NCBI RefSeq assembly: GCF_006345805.1
Contig: NC_043000.1
Location: 93,620,001 to 93,684,000 of the forward strand
DNA from: Octopus sinensis
Taxonomy: Eukaryota
Length of the DNA: 64,000 nucleotides
Direction: 5' to 3'
Made by a program: the position numbers and the translations under genes
The notes under the pieces: generated by a model
The model's input: the letters and a program-made list of their open reading frames with translations, nothing else
Told to the model about the DNA's origin: nothing
Database searches by the model: none
Part shown: piece by piece, positions 1 through 12,290 of the stretch
Numbering within the stretch: the stretch's first letter is position 1
Layout of the letters: each line of letters opens with the position of its first letter

Positions 1-1211
1 GAGTAGATATGAGAAACTGGATCTGTCCAGTTTCAATGTAAGACAGGTAGAATATTTGAGCCTGATATAACTGGTTGAAATGCTAAAGAGCGAAGCGGCT
101 CATCTTCTTTCAGTATTGTTCCTTCCACCCACTGAGCCACACTGGTATTCATTTTCACTAGAATGTCTTTAGACATACCTCTGTTTAGCAAGAGAAGATA
201 TGTGGGCCAGTCAAAAACAAGAACAACAACCAAGTTTCTGCTGTTCAATCTCAAATCGAAGAGGGAGAATTTGTAGGAACTAAATGAAGACAGCATTTAA
301 TTGTAGACTTCATATGAGTCAGAATTCTAAGTTCCAACCTTTTTATTGCTTTTTGTCCCTTAGCCAGATATACAAATTGTATTTTTGTCATGTTATTGGC
401 AAGAAAGATCTTCAAATCCATTTATAAATTATATTTTACATAAATTACTGAAATAGATCTCTTTACTGTCTTTTGCCTATATATCTACATCATAGGTACA
501 TTTCTTAGTATGTCAAATTTACAATGTGTTTCTTATATATGTGTATGTGTAATGCTGTGTGTATGTATATATATGCATATATATGTATGTGTGTGTATAT
601 GTGTGTATATATTTATATATATATATATACATACACATATATAAATATGCATGTATATGTATGTATATATGTATGTATATGCACATATGTATGTATATAT
701 GTACATTTAAGTATGTATGTATATATGTATGTATATGATGGACTCTCCTGTTGAAGATGATGTATGAGCATTCAGCTTTGAACGAAGGACCTGCTCAAAT
801 GATTTGTTTGTAGTGTCTAAATAGGTGCATGGTGTACCATGTGTCACGTGTCAAAGTGATCTCAGAGCAATGATGTAAGATGAAGTTTTTCTCAAGAACA
901 CTATGCACTACCTCGTCTAGGAATTGTAAACCATGATTGCTAGATCATGAGTGCTACACTTTAACCACTAAACCACACACACATACACACACACATACAC
1001 ATACACACATACACACACACAAATATATATATCATGTATGGGTTTGAGGAAGAGAGTTGGCCAAAATCCTTCACAGACTCTCAGTGAATACTGAGTCCAA
1101 AACCATGAACAGATGCAAAGCAAATGGCTGCAGGAAAAAAATCATTTACCTGGGAAAGAATTTTGGATGTACAAGATTCTGTACAAGACACACAAACACA
1201 TATGTGTACAC

Positions 1212-1246
<35 letters not shown>

Positions 1247-1250
1247 TATA

Positions 1251-1503
1251 TGGCCCAGTGGTTAGGGCAGTGGACTCACGGTCACAGGATCGCGGTTTCG
1301 ATTCCCAGACCAGGCATTGTGAGTGTTTATTGAGCGAAAACACCTGAAAGCTCCACAAGGCTCTGGCAGGGGGTGGTGATCTCTGCTGTACTCTTTCTCT
1401 CACTCTTTCTTCTGTTGGCCTGCGTCATTCAAAGGCTAAAACAATGCGAACGCATTGTGACCAGCGATGTGTAGCAACATCTGATAGCCTCGTCGGTCAT
1501 GTG

Positions 1504-1505
<2 letters not shown>
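1251..1505 (+). mobile_element. tRNA-derived SINE, family A
   Basis: A box TGGCCCAGTGG and B box GGTTTCGATTCC; body shared with the reverse copy at 6989-7297. Confidence 0.85.
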
Positions 1506-1535
<30 letters not shown>

Positions 1536-1852
1536 ATATGTATGTGTATGTATATATAAACACATTTTGGTTTATGAGAGAAATGTTGAAATTTCTTGAG
1601 TGGAGATGGCATGAGAATTGGTAACTTCTTGAAGAAAGAAAACAGAAGCCTCTGTAGTAGTGGCAGTAATTAGACAGTCGGTAGAGGCACCGTCTCTGTG
1701 GGACAGGGTCCGGAGTGTCTTGGTGAAGAATCCTTGCTTATCATTTCAGTTAGTGTTCTTTGAATGTCATCTAACTATAGCACCACCACAGATTTGGATT
1801 TCACAAGTGTGTGTGTGTGTGATAGATGCAAACACATATACTGACATGTTTT

Positions 1853-1892
<40 letters not shown>

Positions 1893-2007
1893 TACATATG
1901 ATACATTTTCTTTGTTTAAAAAAATGTACACTTTTATACAGATTTCATTTTTAGGCCTCTGTATAATAATTCAAGTTCAACACATGTATATATATATACA
2001 TACACAT

Positions 2008-2071
<64 letters not shown>

Positions 2072-2135
2072 ACACATGCACATACATATCTTCAGTTGTT
2101 ATTATTTAATGTCTCTTTTCCATGCTGGCTTAAGT

Positions 2136-2200
<65 letters not shown>

Positions 2201-2869
2201 TATAAGTACATACATATGCATATATATATGTGTGTGTGCCTATGTGTATACGTATGTATATGTATGTGTGGGCGTTTTACACATCAATAAATGTTTGTGT
2301 ATACACCACTGATTTAAAGTTTTGGAAAGTTCTTCATAAGATTCTCTTCTACTTCCTTTGCCACAAATCACATAGAAAAACACCGCCGGTTGTATACGTG
2401 TGCCATTATTGACTTAACAATATCACCCACGTCTGGCTTGCTTAGCAGCATCTATCAATTCTGACACACACACACACACATGTACATACGCAGACATATA
2501 CAGAAAGACAGAAGCAGACATATACAAATGCATATACATACACACACACACACAGACATATAGATAGATATGTTCACATACATCCGCATACACGCGTGCA
2601 GCCACAGACTTGGGAGGAAGCACACATACTAGTCTGAACATGTCTAACCAAACTTGATTGGAGCGGCTAACTCCAGTGATATGACCTCTGCGGATCAGGC
2701 CAGAACTGTAATTTTTATCTATTGTTCTAGATACTAAAACTCCCACCATGCCCCACCCCCCTCGCACCACCACCGTGCAGAACACTTTTCCCTCTTCTGC
2801 CCATCACTTCTCTTTCTTTTCGCTGTTCCTCCTACTATAAACTTGATTTATGTTATTTATGTCTGGCAG

Positions 2870-4015
2870 CCTGATATATTGATGATGACACTGATGATGG
2901 TGGTGGTGGTGGTGGTAGCGGTGGTGGTGCTGGTGTTCATGATGATGATGGTGGTGGTGGTGGTGATGGTGGTGGTGGTTGTGATAATGATGATAATGAT
3001 GATAATGTGGCTGGTAATGATTATCACGATCATGATGATAATAATGACAATTGCTATATCCATTAACTTCAAAATGTTAATGACGATGATGAGGGTGATG
3101 ATGATGAATGTGTTGATGACGATGATGGTGCTAGTGATGATGATGACGATGATGATAACGACATTGAGGATAAAGATGATGAAGATGACAGTTATGTTGG
3201 TGATGATGATGATGATGAAGATGATGATGAGAAGGATAACAATAACAATACCGACAACAACGATTATGATGATGGTCGTTCAGACAATGATGATGATGAT
3301 GATGATGAGGACAATGTTGATGATGATAACAATTGCTATAACCATTGTCTTGAAAATGATAATGATGTTGGTGATCGTAATGGTGATGAAAATGGCAAGG
3401 ATGATGGTAATAATGGGAATCGCTATAACCATTTTCTTCAAACTTATGATGACGGTAGCAACAGTTGCAATCATTGTGATGACCATCATCATCACCATCA
3501 TCATCATCATCATCATCATCATCTTCATCATCATCATCGTTATGACCATTGTGTTCAAAATTGATGATGACAATGATGATGATGATGGTGATGAAAACAT
3601 CCACTGCAATCACGGTTACCTTATATATGAAAATAAAGATGATGATGATGATGATGAAGAGGGAGAAGAGGGCAATGAGGAAGAGGATAAGTCACAGCAA
3701 AAGAGAAAGGAAAATCATTCGCCAACAGTAAGACGAATATTGGTGATAATTGTGTTGTTGTTGTTGTTGATGATGGTGATGATGATGGTAGGGATAATGG
3801 TGATGATGATGGTAGGGATAATGGTGATGATGATTATGATGATGATCATGATGATCATGATGATGGCAATAACGATGATAAATCGTAATAAAAGCAAATA
3901 GCAGATAACTTGCACAGCCGTATGAAAAATATTGATGTTGAAGTCTATGCTGATGATTGTGATGGTATTAACAACAACAACAACAGCAGCAATAATAATA
4001 ATAATAATAAAAATG

Positions 4016-4061
<46 letters not shown>

Positions 4062-4546
4062 CCATAGTAATAGTGGTTATAAAGGACGATGAAAATTTAT
4101 AGTGAAATTAATAGCGATATCTGTACGAAAAATATTTCAGATAACAAAGATAGTGATGATAATGTTGATTAGAAAGATGACATCATGATGATGTTGATGA
4201 TGATGATGATGATGATGATGCTGTTGATGGTGATAATGATAATGTTAATAAGTAAATAGTAAAAGTAATAACAATAACCGTCAACAACTCCTAAGTTGTT
4301 GAGCCCATGTGATGGTGATAAATGACGACAACGGCGACAACATCAAGACTCGCTGATGATGACGACGGTGCTGATAATGTTGTTGATGACTGTGATAATG
4401 ACGATAAAGGTCATTGTAAAAGTAATAGCGATGGCAATAACTAACACATCGACTGAACGACAACGGTGATTAGGATGATGATGATGACAACGACGACGAC
4501 GATGACAACAAAGATAGTGATGATGACCACGACGACAGTGATGAAG

Positions 4547-4577
<31 letters not shown>

Positions 4578-4759
4578 CGATGGTGATGATGGTGATAATG
4601 ATGATGATGCTGAGCGACAGCGATAATGATGATGTTGGTGTTGATGGTGGTGATGGTGCTGGTGTCGATGGTGATTATAATGAGCTTAATAACATTGAGA
4701 AGAGTAAATTGCAAGCACCATAATAAGAGGAATATCAATGGTGACAGTAGTGCAATAAC

Positions 4760-4806
<47 letters not shown>

Positions 4807-5160
4807 TAATAATAGCAATGATAATGCAAATAATAATAATAATGGAAAGTATAGCAATAAGAAGAATATTGATGGTTACAACGGTAGGCAATAAGGCTGC
4901 TGCAGCTGCTGGTGATGGTAATTGTAACAACAACAGCAACAACAACAATAATAATAATAATAATAATAATAATAATTGTAGGTGTAAAAGTAACAATAAC
5001 AATAAAATTTGTATTAGTGATAACAAGAAGTGTATCTGTATTGGATGATGGTATCGATGTATTAATAGTTGTAGTAGTGTCCATAGTGGTACAAAAAGAA
5101 CGGACAGATAGCGGTGGTGGTGGTGGTGGTGGATTGTGGGTGGTGAGAGAGAAATAGGTT
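2870..5160. repeat. Mosaic degenerate trinucleotide block (GAT/GGT/AAT/AAC/CAT)
   Basis: Continuous in-register triplet variants; source of the poly-M/I/H ORFs. Confidence 0.95.
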
Positions 5161-5854
5161 TCTGTCTGGTTGGATGATTTGTACTGCTTTCCTAGAGGGC
5201 TGAGAGAAGTTGGACATCTTGGATAAGTTCTTATATTTCAAATTAATCCTGGATTTAAGATCAATAATTTCTCCTCTTCTCCCTCTGCTAGCGCCATCAC
5301 TTTGCTTCTGCCTCGGCCGTTGCCGTTGTGGTTGCTACCACTATATATCTCTGCAATTACTAAAACACTGCTTTACCACTATCAGTAAAACAGCACTCCA
5401 TTAACACTATCATCACAACGACAACAACATCAACAATAAAACTAACATCTATTACTACTACTACTACTACTGATATTATCTATAAACAAAAACCAGCAAT
5501 ATTGCTACTCCAAACCTCTCTAACTTCATAATCACCACAGCCATCACCACCACCACCATCATCACTTCTACTGTTTCTGCTGCTGCTGCTGTTGTTGTTG
5601 TTAAGCAACAAGACGGGTAAGGGTAATTAGGTGATGGTCTAGGGCTTAGGGGCGGGAAACCCCAGACCTTAGAAAAAAAAAAACTTTGGTCGTCTTGTTG
5701 TAGTCGAGGGCTCTTCGTTGACGCCTGACCCCACTGGGAGGTGGCCCTCGAAGTTGCTGGAAATGGAGATCTTCAGGTCCAAATTCTTGAACAGCTGCTG
5801 CTGCTGCTTCTGCTACTACTACTACTACTAGTACTACTAATAGTCCTTTCTACT

Positions 5855-6145
5855 GAAGACACGAGGCCTTGAAATTTTGGGGAAGGGGGCCAGTCAATCA
5901 GATCGAATCCAGTAAGCAATTGGTACTTAATTTATTGACTCTGAAAGGATAAAAGGCAAAGTCAATCTTGGTGGAATATGAACTCATAACGTAGTAGTAG
6001 ACAAAATACTGCTTAACAACTGGTTACTTGATTTACCAACCCCGAAAGGATAAAAGGCAAAGTTGACCTCGGCGGAATTTGAACTCAGAACATAAAGACA
6101 GACAAAACACCACTAAGCACTTCATCTGGTGTGTTAACGTTTCCC
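5855..6145 (-). mobile_element. Two stacked SINE family C copies
   Basis: gaaaggataaaaggcaaagt...gaactca occurs twice (about 5940 and 6045). Confidence 0.7.
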
Positions 6146-6537
6146 TTACCCAATTGAAATCATCATCGTCATCATCATCATCATCATCGTTTAACGTCCG
6201 CTTTCCATGCTAGCATGGGTCAGACGATTTGACTGAGGACTGGTGAACCAGATAGCTGCACCAGGCTCGAATCTGAAGTATTACTTAAAAAAAAAACCAT
6301 GAATGGAAATATTTGTAATGTAAAATTGTTGTCGTAGTAAAAGTAGATTTTACTTTTTATATTTATTTCTTTAGGTCTGAAATTAGTCAATTTTGAAACA
6401 GTGGACATATAGCGGAAAAGAAATGTGTGCTATTTATAAGTTTTGCGTTGATATTTCTAGAGTCTATCACTTGTGACGTTTGTACTGTTGACACATTTCA
6501 ATATCAAGTTCTTGCAAGCACTTTCATTGCATGTCAT

Positions 6538-6649
<112 letters not shown>

Positions 6650-6988
6650 CACACAAATAATCAAAAAAACAGAATGGAATAGAAAAGGAAGAAATAAAAA
6701 GCTAAGGAACAAAAAATAATGACAAAACATAAATTTGAATACGTAGGTTTTTGTTTTCTTGTTGATTTGTCTTTTATTATTCATATTTATATTCTTTGAA
6801 GGGTAAGCTAATTGCCTTCTTGTAGAGTACTTGTGGTCTTGCATCTTTCTTTTTCTTTTCTTTTTGTTATTTTGGTTTAGGTCATATGTTCATTTTAGGA
6901 AATTTCGTAACTTTATGAATCAGACTAACAGACAAACAGCTCACATAAAAAGCAGACCAACAATAATAATAATAATAATAATAATAAT

Positions 6989-7297
6989 CACATGATCATG
7001 TGACCGACCAGGCTATCAGATGTTGCTACACATCGCTGGTCACAATGCGCTTCGCATTGTTTTAGCCTACAGATGACGCCACCCTGCTGGCTAATCGAGC
7101 AGGCCAACAGAAGAAAGTGTGAGAGAAAGTTGTGACGAAAGAGTACAGCAGGGACCTCCACCACCCCCTGCCGGAGCCTCGTGGAGCTTTAGGTGTTTTC
7201 GCTCAATAAACACTCACAACACCCAGTCTGGGAATCGAAACCGCGATCCTATGACCTCGAGTCCGCTGCCCTAACCACTGGGCCATTGCGTCTCCAC
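6989..7297 (-). mobile_element. tRNA-derived SINE, family A
   Basis: Reverse complement of 1251-1505 over its length (gggaatcgaaaccgcgatcc...ctaaccactgggcca); flanked by (AAT)n. Confidence 0.85.
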
Positions 7298-7328
<31 letters not shown>

Positions 7329-7334
7329 GTTTAA

Positions 7335-7541
7335 AATTTTGGCACAAGGCCAACAATTTTGCGAGCAGGGCTTAGTCGATTACATCAAACTCAGTGCTCA
7401 ACTGGTACTTAATTTATCGACCCCGAAAGGTAGAGATATATAAAGTCTACCTTGGTAGGATTTGAACTCAGAGCATAAGGATGGATGAAATGCCACTAAG
7501 CATTTTTCCCAGTATGCTAAAGATTTTACCAGCTTGCTGCC

Positions 7542-7545
<4 letters not shown>
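7335..7545 (-). mobile_element. SINE family C
   Basis: ggtacttaatttatcgaccccgaaagg ... tttgaactcagagc. Confidence 0.75.
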
Positions 7546-7578
<33 letters not shown>

Positions 7579-7680
7579 TTACTAAATAAATATTTGGCAA
7601 ACTGCTCTTACATCATCGTAAACAAGTAATATCAATTAAAGACGGTGTATTGTTGCATTGAGTTTTATATTACAAAATCC

Positions 7681-7890
7681 TCCAATAAATAGAAAACAAG
7701 AAAAAAACCAATGTGCTACCCCGCCCACTCTCAGCTCTACTTAACCGCCCCCCAAACCCTAAAAGTAGAAAAATTAGAATTCTATAAAAAGAAACATTAG
7801 ATCTCAAGTGGTATTGGTCATGGTTAGGTTTGTGGTGAATGGTGGTTTTTTTGTTAGGTTGTGCCGGTGGATTCACATAGGTATCAGATA
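7681..7890 (+). promoter_or_regulatory. Candidate promoter/enhancer motif cluster
   Basis: CCAAT (7682, 7708), GC boxes (7719, 7745), CTAAAAGTAG (7759), TATAAAAAG (7783), TCAAGTG (7804). Motif evidence only. Confidence 0.3.
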
Positions 7891-8704
7891 CAACATGTAG
7901 TAGTAGTGGTGGTAGTAGTAGTAGGAGTAGCAGTAGTGGTAGACTATGAAAGAGGAAAGGGAAGCACGAACCTCAGTTTACAGTTTTAAATATATTTTGC
8001 CCCCTTCAGCTTTCATTTGCCTATCGTCATCATCATCATCATCATTATGATTATTATTATTGATACAAGGGAGGCTGCAGGTGTGGGCTTAAAAAACATT
8101 TTTTTTTTAATGGATAATAAAAAAAAAAAATGAAAAACAAAAGTTACAAACATCTTTCCTTATTTGCCGGCTGTTTCCTCTTACACCGTCTATAAATGCA
8201 CCGACGTAAATGATGACGCTAAAAATATCGAGGATGAGGAGGCAGAGAATAACAATGATGATGATGATTTTAAAATATGATTTATATTATTTTTTTGTTT
8301 TTGTTTTTGGGTTTTTTTTTTACCTGGTGTTAATTTGTTATTACATAGGATGCAATCCGATCCCTTAAACAACATATTTGCACTCAACATTTACTCCCCC
8401 TCCCTCAGCCACCGCACCCATCACCCCTCCCACCCCATCATGACCCCCTTTTTTTTTGGCTTAATCACTCTTATGAAGTAATGCCATTAGACTACACATT
8501 CCTTAGCCATCGTTAATTCCTTGCTTTAGAAAAATGAAACAAATAACAATAATAATAATAATAATGATAATAATAATTATAAAGCAACAAACACACAAAC
8601 CTGGCCTACAACAACAACAACAATAAAAGAATCTCAAGAATATTATTTTTGGGTGTTTTTATTAATTTTATATTATAATGTAATCATACGTATCTTCGTT
8701 AAAC

Positions 8705-8812
8705 TTATTCCTCACCTGAGTGACGTCATTTGAGAGAATATCAATTATTCATTCCTGTGACTAGACAGAGACTAAGCTAATGATCACATGATAGATAGAG
8801 TTGCACGTGGGG
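8705..8812. promoter_or_regulatory. Candidate enhancer: full CRE plus four E-boxes
   Basis: CACCTG 8713, TGACGTCA 8721, CATTTG 8727, CACATG 8785, CACGTG 8804. Motif evidence only. Confidence 0.3.
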
Positions 8813-8948
8813 AGTATTGTTGATGGAATGCATCACTCTCCCTCCTCCAGCCCCAGTATATTACTGTTAGTAATTTGGATCCAACAAGAGTGCTTCTGCA
8901 TAGTTGGTTAACATGTCATGTCAGTAATAACAGCCAAATTTCACTTAA

Positions 8949-9165
8949 CCCGTTAGCACTCAGATTACTTTTATAAATGTAATACTTATTTATTCACATT
9001 GTTTGAAATTAATCCTGCATTATCTTGTAGCTTTGAGGTTTAAATATGATTGCTTATTATTAGAATAACATTGTAGGGTACACATGAGAGGTCAGGTCTG
9101 GATGGTTTGAACATGAAACAGGTAAAATATTTGGGCCAGATATAGCTGGATTAGATGCTTAAATG
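8949..9165. mobile_element. TTAA-flanked MITE (piggyBac-type termini), family 1
   Basis: TTAA-CCCGTTAGCA ... TGCTTAAATG-TTAA (degenerate TIR). Confidence 0.6.
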
Positions 9166-9169
9166 TTAA

Positions 9170-9386
9170 CCTTTTTGTTACCAACCTACCTGAGATTGCC
9201 CCAGGTTCTAAGACACAAACATCCTGTTTTAAAGCAATCTAAATTCAAATCTCCCATCAAAATTTCAAGTTAATGAAGTTCCAAGTCTCACCTTAACAAT
9301 GACAAAATTATTTTAATTATTTATTAAATTTTTTTAAAAATTGGAGCAAAGGTCGTATATTTCAGCAGAAATATAGTCATGAGGGG
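9170..9386. mobile_element. TTAA-flanked MITE (piggyBac-type termini), family 2
   Basis: TTAA-CCTTTTTGTTACC ... GTCATGAGGGG-TTAA; ends related to 29344-29562. Confidence 0.65.
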
Positions 9387-9756
9387 TTAAATCATACCCT
9401 GCTTTCTTATATATTGAATAAAGACACCCTGAAGTGCAACATGTAACCAAAGCCCAAGCTCCGGTGGTGCATTTTGTAATCCACCCCGGTATCCAGTGTC
9501 ACAGAATGCAGGGCATCAGCATAGGAATAGGCTAGCTTGTAAAATGAAAACCAAGTAATAGAAATGACAACATATTGAAGACAAGTATGGTATTCAATGC
9601 TTTATAAGACATACACATGTATTTGTTGCTGAACACTAATGAGATGAGTTGCTACATTATGCAACGTTTCTACAATTGTTATGCAATTATTATGACATTT
9701 TGAGGAAACATATGTATGAGCTATAAAGCATAAAAACCACACATATATACATATAC

Positions 9757-9813
<57 letters not shown>

Positions 9814-11025
9814 ACAAGAACTGCACTGTTTACCTTCTTGTACTTTGAGTGTATGCTATGACATCCCATCACTACCTTCTATATCTCCTTTTCAGATACT
9901 GCCACCCACCTCTATATGATGTGGAGTAGCCATGTATCTCCTCTGTAGCAAGATAGTAATGCTTATCCTTTTATAGTACTTCAGCCTTTCAACTATACTT
10001 TAGCATAATACAACGTTCCTTCTGAAATATCCCCTTCAGCTTAGTAACAACAGGTTTTTGTCCTTTTTCCTTTTCTCTTTTACTGTCTTACAAGTTACTC
10101 AGCTACCTCACTGATGCTGGTGGCATGAAAAAACAGTGCCCAGTATACACTATTGTGATTGGTGTTTGTAAGAGCATCCAGCTGTACAAAACCATGCCAA
10201 TACTGATACTGGAACTCGTGAAGCCCTGTAATTCCCCGGATCTTGTCAAAATGTCTAATCCATGTCAGCATCGAAAAATAGACATCAAATAATGTTTGTG
10301 GTGATGACGATGATCATGATCATTGTATTGGTTGTTGAAAATTATCAGAGTAATACTGAATTTTTTTTGCCTTCCAATCCCCCACTGTAAGTCAGTAAAA
10401 TATATACCAGTTCAGCTTTACTATTTGACTAATTCAATCACTAAAAAAAAAAGAACCAAACCCAATATCTAAAAAATAAAACAAACAGTAAAAAAAAAAT
10501 GAAAATGTTTGGACTGTGGCATTATTTCCATTCTGATAGCATCTACTTTTGACATAACACTCTACTAGTGATCAGGACTTTACTGTCTATATATATATAT
10601 ATATATATATACATACATATATATATATATATGTAAATATGTGTATGTATACGTATCTTTCTTTCTCCATATCTATACATCTACCTAATCAGCAAACAAG
10701 CATGCTTTCAGTTTTTCTATTTCACTGTGTTCCATTGTGCACCACTCTTAGTCTTCCATTCTCCATTCTTTTACTCTGACTACTAAATTTAGTTGTCAAT
10801 TCTGACAGATTACTATGTCATGCTATGACCTGACCCCGGCTTTGTATAGGGATCTCAAGCAATTAGCTTTCTTCGCAACCAAACTGTCACTTCTGTAGCA
10901 TTCTAGTATTTTTGTCTTTGCCAACTATTAGTAACATTTTAACCTGTGACACTCTTGCAGATAGCATATTAAATTTCTCTGTCTGCAATAGTCAATTCCA
11001 TTTAAGATATTGGAGACAGAATATG

Positions 11026-11058
<33 letters not shown>

Positions 11059-12197
11059 GTTGAAAAATATATTGAAAAAAGTGTTTTATTGATTTACAAA
11101 ATAAACAAAAATATAGTAAACATGACCCCAGAACACAAATATTAGAAATTTTAGTTTGATTGATCAACGTTTGATTGAGATTTTGATTTTTTGATTTTTT
11201 GGGGGCTTCTTTTTTATCTTTTTTTTTTGTTGTGGTGGTAGGGGGTCTTGTTTCTTTTGATTCTTTGAGTGAATTTATTTTGAAATTTATTATCATGATC
11301 AGTAAAGATATATGATGGCAACAAATTTCAAGGAAATGGATTTCACAAACTGATGTGGAAGTCTCTGCTGGAAGCGGAGGATGCTGCATAGAAGTTTTAA
11401 TATTGACTTTATTTAGAGTCATGATACAGAATCAGAAGAAAAGTTGTAATCGGATGGCTTGTTAAGCCTTAAGTACCCCACATAAAGGTGGGGAAACTTT
11501 ACTGTGTAATGACGTCCTCAGCAAGCCAGTGGATTACGGATCTTATGGATCAACCATGGATATGTGGTAAGATTTTACTTCATAACCATAAGGTTCCAGG
11601 TTCAGTCCCACTGGCTGGCATCATACCTTGAGCAAGTAACTGCTACGATAGCTCTGATCTGAACAAAGCCTAATGATTGGATTTTGTAGATGGAGGCTCA
11701 AAAAAGACATTGTCTATGGGTATGTATGTGTATGTGTGTGTTCGTATATGTGTGTATATGTATGTGTGTGTGTTGTTTCCTCCTTGGTTTGATACTGTGT
11801 GACAGTTGTAAATGAGTGTCACTATCATTCCTCTCTCTTTGTAAAGCATGAGCAGAGAAACCAGCCAACCAACCAACCAACCAACCAGCCAACAAACCAA
11901 CTAACCAGTACTTACATTGGCTATTATTATGTAGAGATATGTTATTTTATTCATTTCACTGATTTCTATAAATCTATGAGACATGTTAAGACAAGAATAT
12001 TTATTAATTCAAGAAGGTCCATTCCCTTCATTTCTTTTCTGACAAAGAACTTTACCATAAACATTAGAATTCACCTATTTTCACAGCAAAAATCTTATGG
12101 AATCCAACCATCTTCTTTGGCTACTATTCCTGGGAGAATCATGGTAGCAGATTCCTGAGGCACCTCCTCCATAGGATCTTATCAGAAGTAACCATCA

Positions 12198-12290
12198 TTA
12201 GACTTCCCAGCAGGATTCCGGCAGTGTCCAACTGACTCTATAGATATCATCCAACCATCTTGTTTTTGGTCTACCTGTAGGTCCCCTGCC
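12198..12290 (-). mobile_element. RTE-clade LINE ORF C-terminal remnant
   Basis: Minus frame GRGPTGRPKTRWLDDIYRVSWTLPESCWEV* resembles the RPRGRP(R/K)xRWxDxI motif typical of RTE ORF ends. Confidence 0.55.

Noticed and set aside
33-296. 87-aa minus-strand ORF as a gene
   Set aside because: No recognisable homology, short, and no convincing splice signals.
1251-1320. tRNA genes at SINE heads (also 16740, 18697, 39880)
   Set aside because: A and B boxes are present but there is no complete cloverleaf or acceptor stem, and each continues into a multicopy repeat body.
2843-3901. 352-aa poly-Met/Ile/Val ORF and the overlapping His-rich minus ORFs
   Set aside because: These are the stop-free frames of a (GAT/GGT/AAT)n mosaic; no domain, signal or splice support.
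6430-6439. Perfect MEF2 site CTATTTATAA as evidence of autoregulation
   Set aside because: YTA(W)4TAR is expected many times by chance in DNA this AT-rich; an isolated match is uninformative.
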